From positions 448,001-512,000 of the forward strand of contig CAVYIM010000005.1 of NCBI GenBank assembly GCA_963768655.1: a stretch of 64,000 nt of DNA, in the 5' to 3' direction. Below, one piece after another: positions 35,510-49,611 of the stretch. The stretch is from an uncultured Chloroflexia bacterium. Lineage in GTDB: Bacteria; Chloroflexota; Limnocylindria; Limnocylindrales; CSP1-4. Position 1 is the stretch's first letter. Each line of letters opens with the position of its first letter. The notes under the pieces are model-generated. The model did not search any database. It saw only the letters and a list, made by a program, of their open reading frames with translations, and had not been told where the DNA came from. The translations under genes and the position numbers were made by a program.

Positions 35510-37570
35510 ATGCCTGATACCCAGACCTCCGAGCGGACATCCAATTCGGTCTGGGGGCGGCTGCGGTCACGTCTACGCCACATGAGCGGGGTGGGCCGCG
35601 GGATCGCACCCAAACTGGATCTGTTCGTGCTGGCCGTGACGTTGGTGATGCTGGCGTCGTGCATCGAGGCCGACTATCAGGCCGGTGCCGCCGTCGCCCT
35701 TCTGCTGGCCGTCCTGGTCGTCCTCCGACAGATGCTGACGGTGCGTCAGGTCGTGGAGATCGACCGGGCGCGTCGTCAGTCCGAGGCTCGCTTCGGCTGG
35801 CTGGTCATGAACTCATCCGACCTGATCATGGCCGTCGACTCCCACCGCAAGATCGACTACGTGAGCCCTTCGGTAAAGCGCCTGCTCGGGGCCGGCGACG
35901 GCAAACTCCTCGGCGCCCGCCTGACCGACCTCGCTCATCCCGAGGACGCCCGCGCCATCGAGGGGCTGCTGGACCGGGCCGCGCGCTCGCCAGGCGAACG
36001 CGTCAGCGTCGAGTGGCGGATCCGCCAGGGCGATGGGACGTGGCTGCCGGTCGAGACCGTGGCCACCAGCGGCGCGCTCGACGGCGACGCCCCCGGAGTG
36101 GTGCTCAACACTCGCGACCTCCAGGAGCGCAAAGCCCTCGAGCAGAAGCTGACGTTTCAGGCGTTTCATGATCCGCTGACCCGGCTGGCCAACCGCAGCC
36201 TCTTCCGAGAGCGCGTCGAGCATGCGCTGGAGCGGCGCCAGTCCGGCGATACTTCGGTGCTGTTCATCGACCTGGACAACTTCAAGACGATCAACGACAG
36301 CCTGGGACACGCCGCGGGCGATCACGTTCTGGTCGAGACGGCGCACCGGTTGCGCTCGACTCTGCGCGCGGAGGACACGGCGGCACGACTCGGAGGCGAC
36401 GAGTTCGCGGTCCTGCTCGAGGACGCCGACGTGACCGCTTCGGCGCGTATCGCGGAGCGCATCCGCTCGACGCTCGGAGTGCCGTTTTGGGTCATGGGCC
36501 AGGAGGTCTTCATCAGCGCCAGCATCGGCATCGCGACGCGCGAGCCGGGCGACACGGCTACCGAGCTGCTGCGCAACGCCGACGTGGCGATGTACACCGC
36601 CAAGACGAAGGGCAAGGCTCGCTTCGAGATCTTCGAGGCCAGGATGCACGACGCGGTCGTGGCCCGCCTTGGCCTGGAGGCCGAGCTTCGCCGCGCCATC
36701 GACCGACGCGAGTTCGTGATCCACTACCAGCCCATCGTGAAGCTCGAGACGGGCGAGGTGATCGGGGCGGAGGCCCTCGTTCGCTGGCAGCATCCGACCC
36801 GTGGCATGGTGCCGCCGCTGGAGTTCATTCCGCTGGCCGAGGAGACGGGCCTGATCGTGCCGCTCGGAGGCTGGATCCTGAGGCAGGCCTGCCGCCAGCT
36901 CGCCGAATGGCAGCGCCTCCGCGGCGGCGGCGAACCCTTCGTCATGAACGTCAACCTGTCGTCGCGGCAACTGGTGCGTGACGTCATCGCGGACGAGGTC
37001 GCGGCAGCCGTGGATGAGTCGGGCATCCGTGCCAGCTGGCTCGTTCTGGAGGTGACGGAAACGGTCCTGATGGCGGACCCGGTCGTTGCCGCCACGGCCC
37101 TGGGGCACATCCGCGACCTGGGCGTGCGGGTGGCGCTGGACGACTTCGGCTCCGGCTACTCGTCGCTGAGCCATCTGCGCCGTTTCCCGATCGACATCGT
37201 CAAGATCGACAAGTCCTTCGTCGACGACGTCGCCAGCGGCGGCGTGGAGTCGGCCATCGCCCGAAGCATCATCGACCTCGGTCGGGCGATGCAGATCGAC
37301 ACCGTCGCCGAGGGGATCGAACTCGATGAGCAGGCGGAGATGCTGCGGTCACTGGGCTGCGAATTCGGCCAGGGCTTTTACTTCGCAAAGCCGCTGGAGC
37401 CCGCGGCCTGGGAGGAGCTGCTCCAGACCGATTTCATCGGCGGCGCCGAAGGCGGCGCCGATGGGAGTGGCGCGGGCGGGAGTGGCGCGGGCCGCCGTGC
37501 CGCGAGCAACCGAGGCGCGGGCAACCGGTCCTCCGACACGAAGCGGCGTCATCGGCGAGCCGCCGCGTAG
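35510..37570 (+). CDS. membrane-anchored PAS-GGDEF-EAL diguanylate cyclase/phosphodiesterase
   Basis: Two TM segments, PAS, HDPLTRLANR, RAED I-site, GGDEF, EAL, DDFGSGYSSL; start uncertain. Confidence 0.92.
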   Translation: MPDTQTSERTSNSVWGRLRSRLRHMSGVGRGIAPKLDLFVLAVTLVMLASCIEADYQAGAAVALLLAVLVVLRQMLTVRQVVEIDRARRQSEARFGWLVMNSSDLIMAVDSHRKIDYVSPSVKRLLGAGDGKLLGARLTDLAHPEDARAIEGLLDRAARSPGERVSVEWRIRQGDGTWLPVETVATSGALDGDAPGVVLNTRDLQERKALEQKLTFQAFHDPLTRLANRSLFRERVEHALERRQSGDTSVLFIDLDNFKTINDSLGHAAGDHVLVETAHRLRSTLRAEDTAARLGGDEFAVLLEDADVTASARIAERIRSTLGVPFWVMGQEVFISASIGIATREPGDTATELLRNADVAMYTAKTKGKARFEIFEARMHDAVVARLGLEAELRRAIDRREFVIHYQPIVKLETGEVIGAEALVRWQHPTRGMVPPLEFIPLAEETGLIVPLGGWILRQACRQLAEWQRLRGGGEPFVMNVNLSSRQLVRDVIADEVAAAVDESGIRASWLVLEVTETVLMADPVVAATALGHIRDLGVRVALDDFGSGYSSLSHLRRFPIDIVKIDKSFVDDVASGGVESAIARSIIDLGRAMQIDTVAEGIELDEQAEMLRSLGCEFGQGFYFAKPLEPAAWEELLQTDFIGGAEGGADGSGAGGSGAGRRAASNRGAGNRSSDTKRRHRRAAA

Positions 37571-37824
37571 CTCGCTCTGCGTCGCGTCCAGTCCGTGGCC
37601 CGTTGCTGAGGATTATTCGCCCTCGGGCATGCTGCTGACTGCAAGAACGGCACGCGCCCGCCACAAGGCTGAGCTAGTCTCCTATTCAGACGTCCGGCCG
37701 ATAATCCCGACGCCGCAGGGAGAAGCCGCAGGGGTCGCGATTGCCGGATCGGGACGGGACGTCGGTCGGGGATTCCTCGAGCCACGGCCGAGACTCGCCT
37801 GCATTGGGGAAGGAGAACCGTCAC

Positions 37825-39803
37825 GTGGCGACAGCCAGACGCCTGTACCTGTACGTGGTTTCGGCCGCCGGCCTGATCCTGATGGTGGCGGGGTCGGCCA
37901 TTCTTCTGGAGGTCCTGATCAACAAGGTTGGCGTCGGTCAGCCGCCAACGGGCGGGGTACACGTTGACCGCGACATGCTGAGCCTGGCGATAGCCCTCGG
38001 CCTGGTCGGATTCGTCGTCTGGCTGGCCCACTGGTCCATCGTCGAACGGATGGTCACCGGGCCGTCGGCCGGGGCGGCGGAGTTGGCACCTGGTACGGCC
38101 GATGCCGCGGCGGCCGAGCGCCGGTCGATCGTGCGGTCCGTCTTCCTGGCGCTCGTCGCATGGACCAGCCTTGTGTACGCGGCGACGCTCGGGGCCGGCC
38201 TCGCCGGCCGCGCGATCGCGGACGTCCTGGGCGCCCCGCAGGTCTCGCCGCTTTCGACTACGTCGCTTTCGGTCCCGTCGCTGCTGCCGATCGGCGACGC
38301 CTGGTCTTTGTCGATCATCCTCGTGCTTTGCGCCGTCTGGGCGTACCACGCCTGGATTCGCAGCCGCGACGTCCGCCAGGGGCCGGCCATCAAGGGCGCT
38401 GCCGCATGGGTTTCGAGGTTCTACCTCTACTACGCGGCGTTCACCGGACTGGTCACAGTCCTTGAAATCTCTCCTCGCTGATCAACACGGCCGCGACCCA
38501 GGTGGCGCTTCCCGACCAGTCCGGCGTCACCTCCTACTTCAGCGAGCCGACGAACACGTTCACGAATGCGGGCTCCTCGGGATGGGAGCGGCCGGCGATC
38601 GCCGCTCTTGTGGGCATCGCGATCTACGGTGCGATATGGCTGATCCACTGGATCTACTCGAACCGCCTTTACTCGGGTTCGAGCGAGCAGTCGGCCCTCG
38701 AGCGCTCCTCGAGAGTCCGGCTCGCTTTCCTCATGACCGTGGTGCTCTACGGCGCGGCGACGATGGTCGGCGGTTTCGGCGCCGGGCTCGGTCAGCTGTT
38801 CAGCTCGGTTCTCGGTGTGAGCAACGCCGAGCCGTTGTGGTACCTGGTGCTCGTTCCGCCCGTTGCGGCGGTGCCAGCCGGGCTGGCCTGGTGGTGGCAC
38901 CGGCAGCGCGCTTTCGCCGAAGCGACATCGCACCCGGACGGCATCTCGGCGAGCCGTATCGCCGGCTATCTGGTGGCCCTGGTCGGGTTGACGGCCTTCG
39001 CCGCGGCCCTGGAGGATGGCCTGGCCACGATTTTCGGGCAATGGTGGCCGCCTTCGACGAACGCCCTCTTCGGGAACATCGTCACTCCTGATTCTGTGTG
39101 GAAGTCAGCGGTCGCCGCCGACGGCGCACTCGTTCTCGTCGGCGTGGCCGTCTGGGTCGGGCCCTGGTTGTTCGCCCAGCGCCGGCGCGCGGCCGCTGCG
39201 ATCGAGCGTGAGGTCGAGCTCGGATCCTCGTCGCGGGCCTACTACTTGTACGTCATCGCCGGCGCGGCCGTGCTGGTCCTCGCCGGGAACGCGGCTGTCC
39301 TGGCGTACCGAGGCCTCCGCCTGGGCTTCGGGCTGCCCGAAACCAGCTTCGGCTCGGAGGTCAGCGGTGCGATCGCGGGAGCCCTGGTTGCGGCCTTGAT
39401 CCTCGCCTACCACGCCCGCGTTCTGCTAACGGATAGGTCGAAGCCGGCGCCGATGGCGGGAGCGATGCCGGGGGCGGTGCCGTGGCCCGGCGCGCCGGCG
39501 GGCGGCCCGATGGGCGGCCCCGCGCCGATGCCGCCCACGCCGATGGCACCGCCGCCGATGCCGCCCGCGCCGATGGCCCCGCCGCCGATGCCGATGGCGC
39601 CGTGGCCCGGCGCGCCGGCGGGCGGCCCGATGGGCGGCCCCGCGCCGATGCCGCCCACGCCGATGGCACCGCCGCCGATGGCACCGCCGCCGATGCCGGA
39701 GACCGAGCCGATCCCCGGTCAGACCCCTGGTCCGGATCAATCCGGTGCAGGCGGCCCAGCCGGCCCCGCTCCGGCTGACGAAGGACCGGTCTCAAACAGC
39801 TAG
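37825..39803 (+). pseudogene. multi-TM membrane protein (DUF5671-like repeats) split by a frameshift at ~38470
   Basis: GTG with GGAAGGAG RBS; repeated R.YLY and W..H modules in both halves; the frame change at ATCTCTCC joins ORFs 37741-38481 and 38502-39803. Family assignment is tentative. Confidence 0.72.
39479..39680. repeat. 82-nt exact direct repeat (period 120) encoding a Pro/Met/Gly-rich tail
   Basis: 39479-39560 is identical to 39599-39680 (PWPGAPAGGPMGGPAPMPPTPMAPPPM twice). Confidence 0.9.
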
Positions 39804-39917
39804 ACCTGGCATCGGCCTTCACAAGTCACGCTGGGCCCGGCGTCAGCCGGGCACCAGGTCCCAGCGATGGGGCGCAGCGCTCGTTCGGGGGCGGAAGCGG
39901 CGGGCGTTGCCTGCCGC

Positions 39918-40789
39918 TCACCGCGCCGTGGCGCCTCGAAGCTCCCCGACGAGACGGCCCATCGCCGAAACGTTCTGGCCGTCCGGGCCGAGGGCGTCGA
40001 TCAGGGCCGAGGCGACGATGACCCCATCTGCCCCGGCCGAAACAAGCATCCGGACGTGGGCGGGACGGCTCACGCCGAAGCCGACAGCGACCGGGACCGG
40101 CGACTCCGCCTTCGCGGCAGCGACGAGGCCGCGTACCGACGGCGGCAGAGACGCGCGAGCGCCGGTCACGCCCACGAGCGAGACGCAGTACAGGAACCCG
40201 CCCGAGCGCCGGGCAACGGCGACCCTCCGCTCGGGTGTGGTCGTGGGCGCGATGAGGTAAACGACGGCCAGGCCCACATCCCGAGCCACGGCCTCGAACC
40301 GCTCACCTTCATCGGGGGTCATGTCCGCGACGATGACGCCCGCGGCGCCGGCCTCCGCCAGACGAGTGGCCACGGCCCGGCCGTCGCCGCCGCCCAGGAT
40401 CTGGTTGGCGTAGCACATCGGCACGAGCGGCAACTCCGGCCGGGCCGCGCTGATCTCGCGCAGCAGCGCGACCGAGCCAGCCAGCGTCGCCCCGGCGCGC
40501 AGCGCGGCCGAGGTCGCCCGCTGGAGAGTGGCTCCGTCGGCGAGGGGATCGGAATACGGCAACCCCACCTCGAGCAGGTCTGCGCCCGCATCGGCGGCCG
40601 CGAGAGCCGTGGCGAGCGACGTCCCGTGGTCGGGATAGCCGGCCACGACATACGGAATCATGGCCGCGCGGCCGGCGGAGGCGGCCCGGCCGAACGCGGC
40701 CGCGATCCGGCGCGCACCGGGCGTGGAGTTGGTGCCGAGGAACTGGGCCGGCGGCGGAGTGCCGGCAACGGATGCGGTCGGCGCCGCGC

Positions 40790-40793
<4 letters not shown>
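39918..40793 (-). CDS. trpA: tryptophan synthase alpha chain
   Basis: EVGLPYSDPLADGATLQ, GFLYCVS..GVTG, VGFGV, ADGVIVAS. Confidence 0.96.
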
Positions 40794-43806
<3,013 letters not shown>

Positions 43807-43810
<4 letters not shown>

Positions 43811-44883
43811 GCCGGCGTCGCCTCCAGGCTCTGTGCCTCGGCCGCCGCATCGGCGGCCTTCGCCGCGTCGCGGGCCGTCTTCGCGGCGCGAAGTCTTGCC
43901 AGCCGGGCCATCGCCGCGCCGGTGTCGATCACCTGCGCGGCGAGAGCGATGCCGCCGGGGAGATCGGCCGCTCGGCCGGCGACGATGAAGGCCGCCGCCG
44001 CGTTCAGCAGGACGACGTCGCGGCGCGGTCCGGTCTCGCCGGCGAGGACCGCCTCGACGAGAGCCACGTTGTCGGTGGGAGTTCCACCCGCCAGGGCGGC
44101 GAGCGGAGCGGGGGTCAGGCCCAGGTCGGCGGCCACGACCGCCTGTCGCGTCACGCCGGCGGGGGTGACGTCGTACATGACGCCCGACCCGTCGAGCGGC
44201 AGCTCGTCCACGCCGTCGCCGTGCACGACCAGCGCCCGTTCCGCGCCGAGCAGCCGCAACACTTCGGCCAGCTTCGGGGCAGCCGACGCGGCACCAACGC
44301 CCACCAGCTGGCGGCTCGTCCCGGCGGGGTTCGTCATGGGCCCGATGAGGTTGAAGGCCGTCCGGACGCCGATCTCACGCCGGGTCGGTCCCGCGTGCCT
44401 CATGGCCGGGTGGTAGGCCTGGGCGAAAAGGAACGCGAATCCAACCGTGCGCAGGGCCTCACCGGCCTCCGCAGGCGACAGGTCGGTCGCGACTCCCAGC
44501 GCCTCCAGCACGTCGGCCGAGCCACAGGCCGAGGTCATCGCCCGGTTGCCGTGCTTGGCGACCGGCACACCCGCCGCGGCCACGACCAGCGCCGCGGTAG
44601 TCGAGATGTTGAAGGTGTTGCTGCCGTCGCCACCCGTGCCGCACGTGTCGATGGCGCCGTCCGGCGCCTGGACCCGCAGGGCACGCTCGCGCATGGCGGC
44701 GGCGAAGCCGGCCAGCTCCTCGACCGTCTCGCCGCGCATCCGCAGGGCGACGAGCAAGGCCGCCAGCTGGGACGGCGTCGCCTCGCCGTCCATGACCGAC
44801 CCCATGGCCGCTCGGGCCTCGTCCATGGCGAGGCGCTTGCCCTCGACCACGCCCGCCAGGGCGGTTCTCACGACTTCGCTCAT
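43807..44883 (-). CDS. trpD: anthranilate phosphoribosyltransferase
   Basis: DTCGTGGDG..TFNIST, KHGNR, GSADVLEALG, RTAFNLIGP. Confidence 0.97.
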
Positions 44884-45650
44884 CGAACCATCTCCACGCG
44901 GCCCGCGACGGCCGCCTCTGTCGCTTTGTTTGGCTGGATTAGCGCCGCGGCAACGGCCGGCTCGGCCGCGCGGTGCGCCCCGGCCGCGCCGCCATCCCCG
45001 CCGAACCCGGCCAGGGCGAATGAGCCGCTGGCTCCGTCGAGGAGCGCGGCCTCGCCCTCTCGGGCCAGGCGCAGGAAGTTGGCCAGGAGGCGCGGCCCCT
45101 CCGGCGTCAGGACCGATTCCGGATGGAACTGCACGCCTTCGATGGGGGCTGTCAGGTGACGAATGCCCATGACCACGTAGTCGTCCTCGGTCCGGGCCGT
45201 GACGATCACGTCGGGCGGGAGCGTCTCAGGGGCCACGCTCAGGGAGTGGTACCGCGCCGCCATGAACGGCATCGGCATCCCGGCGAGCAGACCCTTGCCA
45301 TCGTGGCGGACGCTCGACGCCTCGCCGTGGACGAGCGTCGGGGCGCGGCGGATGGTCGCGCCCAGGGCGGCGCCCATGGACTGCATGCCGAGGCACACGC
45401 CCAGCAGCGGGATCTTGCGGTCGATGGCGACGCGGACCGTATCCATCGAGACGCCGGCCGAATCCGGGTCGCCGGGACCGGGCGAGACGACGATGCCGCG
45501 CAGGTCGGCCGCCGGGTCGTCGGCCAGGGCTTCGAGCCCGGCCCGGTCGATGGCGTCGTTGCGGAGCACGCGGACGTTCGCGCCGGCGGCCTCGAGCGCC
45601 TGGACGAGGTTGAACGTGAACGAGTCGTAGTTGTCGATCATGAGGATCAT
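44880..45650 (-). CDS. trpG: anthranilate synthase component II (glutamine amidotransferase)
   Basis: IDNYDSFTFN, SPGPG, GVCLG, RYHSL, GVQFHPES. Confidence 0.96.
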   Translation of the reverse strand: MILMIDNYDSFTFNLVQALEAAGANVRVLRNDAIDRAGLEALADDPAADLRGIVVSPGPGDPDSAGVSMDTVRVAIDRKIPLLGVCLGMQSMGAALGATIRRAPTLVHGEASSVRHDGKGLLAGMPMPFMAARYHSLSVAPETLPPDVIVTARTEDDYVVMGIRHLTAPIEGVQFHPESVLTPEGPRLLANFLRLAREGEAALLDGASGSFALAGFGGDGGAAGAHRAAEPAVAAALIQPNKATEAAVAGRVEMVR

Positions 45651-47398
45651 CGGGACGCCTCCTCGCTGATGGCGGGACCAGCGGTCGCGGCCGCCACGGG
45701 GCGGTCCGCCGGGCCACGGAACGTTGTCGTGCCACTCCCCTGCCCGCTCGCGGCCTCAGCGGCGGCCTCGGCAACTGCCTCGGCCACGGCCATCTCGAGC
45801 GCGCCGCGGATCGCCCCGGCCTTGTGCTCGGTCTCCTCGAACTCGCGTTCCGGGACGGACTTGGCGACGATCCCCGCCCCGACGGTGAGGTGGATGAGGT
45901 CGCCCTTGAGCACCGCCGAGCGGATCGTGATGGCGGTGTCGAGATTGCCGTCGTAGCCGAGATAGCCCACGGCCCCGCCGTACAACCCGCGCCGCTCCTT
46001 CTCGGCCTCGGCAATGAGCTGCATCGCCCGGACCTTCGGGGCGCCCGAGAGCGTCCCGGCCGGGAAGATGCTGCGCAGCGCGTCCAGGGCGTCGCAGCCC
46101 GGCTTCAGTCGCGCCTCCACGTTGCTCACCAGGTGGAGCACGTGGCTGTAGCGCTCCACTTCCATGTACTTGGTCACGGCCACCGTGCCGGGCCTCGCCA
46201 CCCGGCCCAGATCGTTTCGCCCCAGGTCGACGAGCATCACGTGCTCGGCCCGCTCCTTGGGATCTCGCTCCAGGTTGTAGGCGAGCTGCGCGTCCTCCGC
46301 CGGAGTGGCGCCGCGTGGCCGCGTGCCGGCGATCGGGTGCGTGGTCATGCGGTCGCCCTCGACCCGGACCAGCAGCTCCGGGCTCGCCCCGACGACGGCG
46401 AACTCCGGCATCCGGACGAAGAACAGGTACGGGCTCGGGTTGATGCGACGCAGCGAGCGGTACAGCGCCACCGCGTCGAGCGGCTCGCCGGCGATGACCG
46501 GCCGCTCGAAGGTCTGGCGCCGGGCGATCACGACCTGGATGCCCTCGCCGGCGGCGATGGCATCGATGGCCGTTCGGACCGCGGCCTCGTACTCGTTCCG
46601 GTCCAGGCTGACTTCGACCTGGCGCAAGCCACTCCCCGAAGCGCCGCCGGGGGCTGCGGAACCGGCGTCCCGGCTGGCTCCGTCGCCAGGCCTGGCACCG
46701 TCCGTCCTTTCGACCGCAGTCGTTCGCCTGGTCAGGTTGGCGAGTTCCATGTCCGTGGGCCGGGCGGTTCGCTCGAGGGCGTCGAAAATCGCCCGCTCGG
46801 CGATGGCGTATCGACCCTCCAGGTCCGGCGTCTCGGTGTGGAGCGAGGCGACGGCTGAGAGCGTGTGCGTCAGGTGATCGAAGACCAGCACCAGGTCCGC
46901 CTCCTGGAAGGCGGCCAGCGGTGTGCCGATCGGGTCGCGTGCAGGCAGCGGCACCGTCGGCTCGAACGTCGAGACGGCGTCGTAGGCGAGCGCGCCCACC
47001 GCCCCACCCGGGAACCGGGGAATGCCCTCGTCCGGGAGGATCCGCCTCCGGGGCAGGAACCGCCGCAGCGCCGTCAGCGGATCGGGCGCCGGCAGCGTCT
47101 CGGTCGGAAGGTCCGGCGTGAAGTCGGTCACGCCGACCGGGCGGGTCTGGATCGTGGCCCGGCCGTCACGCACCGTGAGGAGCCGCCGCGGACCCACGCC
47201 CATGAAGGAGTAGCGGCCCAGCCGCTCGCCGCCTTCGACGGACTCGAGCAGGAAGGCCGGGCCGCCGTCGTCGAAGCGCATGAAGGCGCCGATCGGGGTT
47301 TCGAGGTCCGCGTTGCGAGTGGCCGTCAGCAGGATGGTGTCGGCCGAGCTGGACAAGCGCCGGACCTCGCGAAGACTGAGCGGATCTGTGAGTGCCAT
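45647..47398 (-). CDS. trpE: anthranilate synthase component I
   Basis: LLES Trp-binding motif, NPSPY, PIAGTRPRG, EHVMLVDLGRND, GTLSGAPK. Confidence 0.97.
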   Translation of the reverse strand: MALTDPLSLREVRRLSSSADTILLTATRNADLETPIGAFMRFDDGGPAFLLESVEGGERLGRYSFMGVGPRRLLTVRDGRATIQTRPVGVTDFTPDLPTETLPAPDPLTALRRFLPRRRILPDEGIPRFPGGAVGALAYDAVSTFEPTVPLPARDPIGTPLAAFQEADLVLVFDHLTHTLSAVASLHTETPDLEGRYAIAERAIFDALERTARPTDMELANLTRRTTAVERTDGARPGDGASRDAGSAAPGGASGSGLRQVEVSLDRNEYEAAVRTAIDAIAAGEGIQVVIARRQTFERPVIAGEPLDAVALYRSLRRINPSPYLFFVRMPEFAVVGASPELLVRVEGDRMTTHPIAGTRPRGATPAEDAQLAYNLERDPKERAEHVMLVDLGRNDLGRVARPGTVAVTKYMEVERYSHVLHLVSNVEARLKPGCDALDALRSIFPAGTLSGAPKVRAMQLIAEAEKERRGLYGGAVGYLGYDGNLDTAITIRSAVLKGDLIHLTVGAGIVAKSVPEREFEETEHKAGAIRGALEMAVAEAVAEAAAEAASGQGSGTTTFRGPADRPVAAATAGPAISEEASR

Positions 47399-47552
47399 TG
47401 GGATCGCCTGTTGCCTTTCTTCGTTGTGGCGCCCGTCCGCCTGTCGAGGCGGAGCGGGCCCGCACCTTCGTCCCCTCTGCCCGCTTCTCCGGGGGCCTGG
47501 CGTCGGGCCCCCTCAGGGTCCCGGCGGTCGGCCCCGGAGAATGGCGGGGAAT

Positions 47553-47585
47553 CAAAACGACCTTCCGTCCAGGGACGAAAGGTCG
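47553..47585 (-). terminator. T-box terminator hairpin
   Basis: CGACCTTTCGTCC-CT-GGACGGAAGGTCG followed by TTTTG on the minus strand. Confidence 0.85.
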
Positions 47586-47875
47586 ATCCTTCCGCGGTGC
47601 CACCCACATTCGGCGATGCCGCTCTCTTGGCCGACGGGCCGGGCTCTCGGGTGGCGGCCGGTCGGTTGTCCGTACCTGCCGCCGGCGACTCCCGCCGATC
47701 GGTGCTGCCCTGTATCGCTGGCGCTCTGCGCCGGAGCCTACTGGCGAGCCCTGGAAGCTCGCGGTTTGGTCCGGTGGCTCACGGGGCCATTCGCTCCTGC
47801 TGCCGCCCCAGCTTCCACCAGCCGCTGGGTCTCTGTGCCGGCAACCGGGAGGTACTCGTCCCGATCATCGCCCGT
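47553..47875 (-). promoter_or_regulatory. Trp-specific T-box riboswitch leader of the trp operon
   Basis: Stem I motifs (GCGATGA..GAGTA, AGAGA, GGTGGAA), specifier GAA-TGG (Trp codon, 47789-47787), AGTA in stem II, T-box AATGTGGGTGGCACCGCGG (47610-47592). Confidence 0.92.
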
Positions 47876-47893
47876 ATTCCCGATGTGGCGCGG

Positions 47894-47923
47894 AGTCTAC
47901 GGGCACGAGCGCTTCGGTGTCAA
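47894..47923 (-). promoter_or_regulatory. sigma70-type promoter of the trp operon
   Basis: TTGACA-18 nt-TAGACT. Confidence 0.75.
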
Positions 47924-48453
47924 ACGCCGTGGCCCGTGGCGGCCGGCGCCGCGCGGGTGGCGCGCATCCTGGTCAGATGCAAACCCGGGAGCGCGAGCCC
48001 GAACCGCGGCGCCTCCGAGGCCACTATTCCGTTGCCGCGGCAACAGCGGACCGTCGATCCACGCTCGGCGAGCGGCTTCGTGACCGCCGCCCGGGGCTTG
48101 TCGGCCGCCCGCCCACTGCCCGTTCCGGTCTCGCGCTACCCTCATTCGCATTTGGGCAAGTTCGCCGCGGGCTAGCTGCTGCTCCGCGCCACCGAACCTC
48201 CGACGGCCAGAACGAGCGAACCTTCACGACTGATGCCCGCCTGGACGTCAATCACCACGTTGGCGCGGACGTAACCATGACCACTCGCTCGTAGCAGCCA
48301 TCCATGGATCCAGAGGCATATAAGGACATTACCAGCACTAGTACGACCAGGACGCCATAGATGAACAACAGGAAAAGCAGCCACGAGACCTTTCCGATTC
48401 ATCCGGCGGATATCGAAGCGCCCGGTATTTGCTGAGCATGCCCCTTTGGTGCC

Positions 48454-49389
48454 TTACCAGTACTCCTCGGTGTGGAGCGTGCCGATGTCGTGGCCCCTGT
48501 CGCGGACGAAGCCGCGCGCCGCCGCCCAGGCGATGACGGTCTCGATCATGCCGGGATTGCCGCACAGGAAGATGTCGAAGTTGTCGGGCGTGACCGGCAG
48601 ACCCGTCTCCTGCTCGACCGCGTCCGAGGCGATGACGTTCTGGAGATAGCCGCTCCTGCCCCGCCAGGTGACGTCCTCGGCCGGCCGGGTGATGACCGGA
48701 ACGTAATGGAAGTTGTGGCAATGTCGGGCCAGGCCGGTCAGCTCGGTCCGATAGCCCAGGTCCCACGAGTAGCGCGCTCCGTGGACGACCACGAACTGCC
48801 GCGGCCCGTTGCAAACGAGTTCGCTGCGCAGCATCGACATGTAGGGCGCCAGGCCGGTGCCGGTGCCAATCATCAGCACGTGCTTGCCCGGCGCCACCTT
48901 GTCGAGCGTGAAGACGCCCACCGCCTTGGGCCCCACGTACACGCGATCGCGGAGCTTGAGGCTGAAGAGTCGCGGCGTCAGCTCGCCGCTCAGCACGAGG
49001 GTCAGGTAGAACTCGATGTACTCGTCGGCGCGGCTTTCCGACGCGATCGAATATGCCCGGCGGATCATCCGATCGGGATCGGCGGCGGCGCGCTCGACGG
49101 CCGCAGCCTGGGCGTCGACAGCAGCCTGACTCTCGGCCGTGCCCGCGACGGCCGCGGACGCGGCCACGGCTCCAGCGCGCGGCGAGTCGGCGCGCGCGCC
49201 GGCCACTACGCTCGGCTCGGATTCGCCCTCAGCCTCATCGACCCGCGGCACGGACGCCTTGACGCCCAGGACGACGTACTGGCCGGCCTTGAACTCGAAA
49301 GGCAGCCTGTCCGGCACGACCCGCAGGATGATCAGGCCAGGGGCCACTTCCACCCGACCGGTCACGGTTGCGTTGTATTCGGCCGCCAT
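48454..49389 (-). CDS. fpr: ferredoxin/flavodoxin-NADP+ reductase with Ala-rich insertion
   Basis: F.AGQY, RAYSIAS, GELTPRL, GTGTGLAPY, LCGNPGM, C-terminal EEYW; GGAGG RBS. Confidence 0.92.
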   Translation of the reverse strand: MAAEYNATVTGRVEVAPGLIILRVVPDRLPFEFKAGQYVVLGVKASVPRVDEAEGESEPSVVAGARADSPRAGAVAASAAVAGTAESQAAVDAQAAAVERAAADPDRMIRRAYSIASESRADEYIEFYLTLVLSGELTPRLFSLKLRDRVYVGPKAVGVFTLDKVAPGKHVLMIGTGTGLAPYMSMLRSELVCNGPRQFVVVHGARYSWDLGYRTELTGLARHCHNFHYVPVITRPAEDVTWRGRSGYLQNVIASDAVEQETGLPVTPDNFDIFLCGNPGMIETVIAWAAARGFVRDRGHDIGTLHTEEYW

Positions 49390-49611
49390 GCTGACCTCCG
49401 AAGCGCCACATCGGTCCGGCTGCTCATGCCTTCCCGTCGAGGAAAGGATACGAGCCCGGGCAGGAGGTGTCAGGACGTCGGACCTCCGGCCCGGACCCAC
49501 GATGGAAGTGTTCGCGGGCCGGCAGCCGACCGGATAAGCTGAAGCGAGGAACGTGTGCGCCGTTGCCCGCGGCGCCATCGGGAACGCGCCCCGGAGGTTG
49601 GACTACCGGTC

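Noticed and set aside
35352-35510. Possible c-di-GMP riboswitch upstream of the GGDEF-EAL gene
   Set aside because: Only a weak GGTCAAAC resemblance; no convincing P1/P2/P3 architecture.
39450-39700. Repeat arrays as CRISPR (also 1145-1206 and 26190-26280)
   Set aside because: They are in-frame coding repeats without unique spacers, and no cas genes are present.
48172-48440. Lower-GC patch with a hydrophobic reading frame downstream of fpr
   Set aside because: The TM-like frame has no upstream start codon and the listed ORFs have no motifs; too weak to call.
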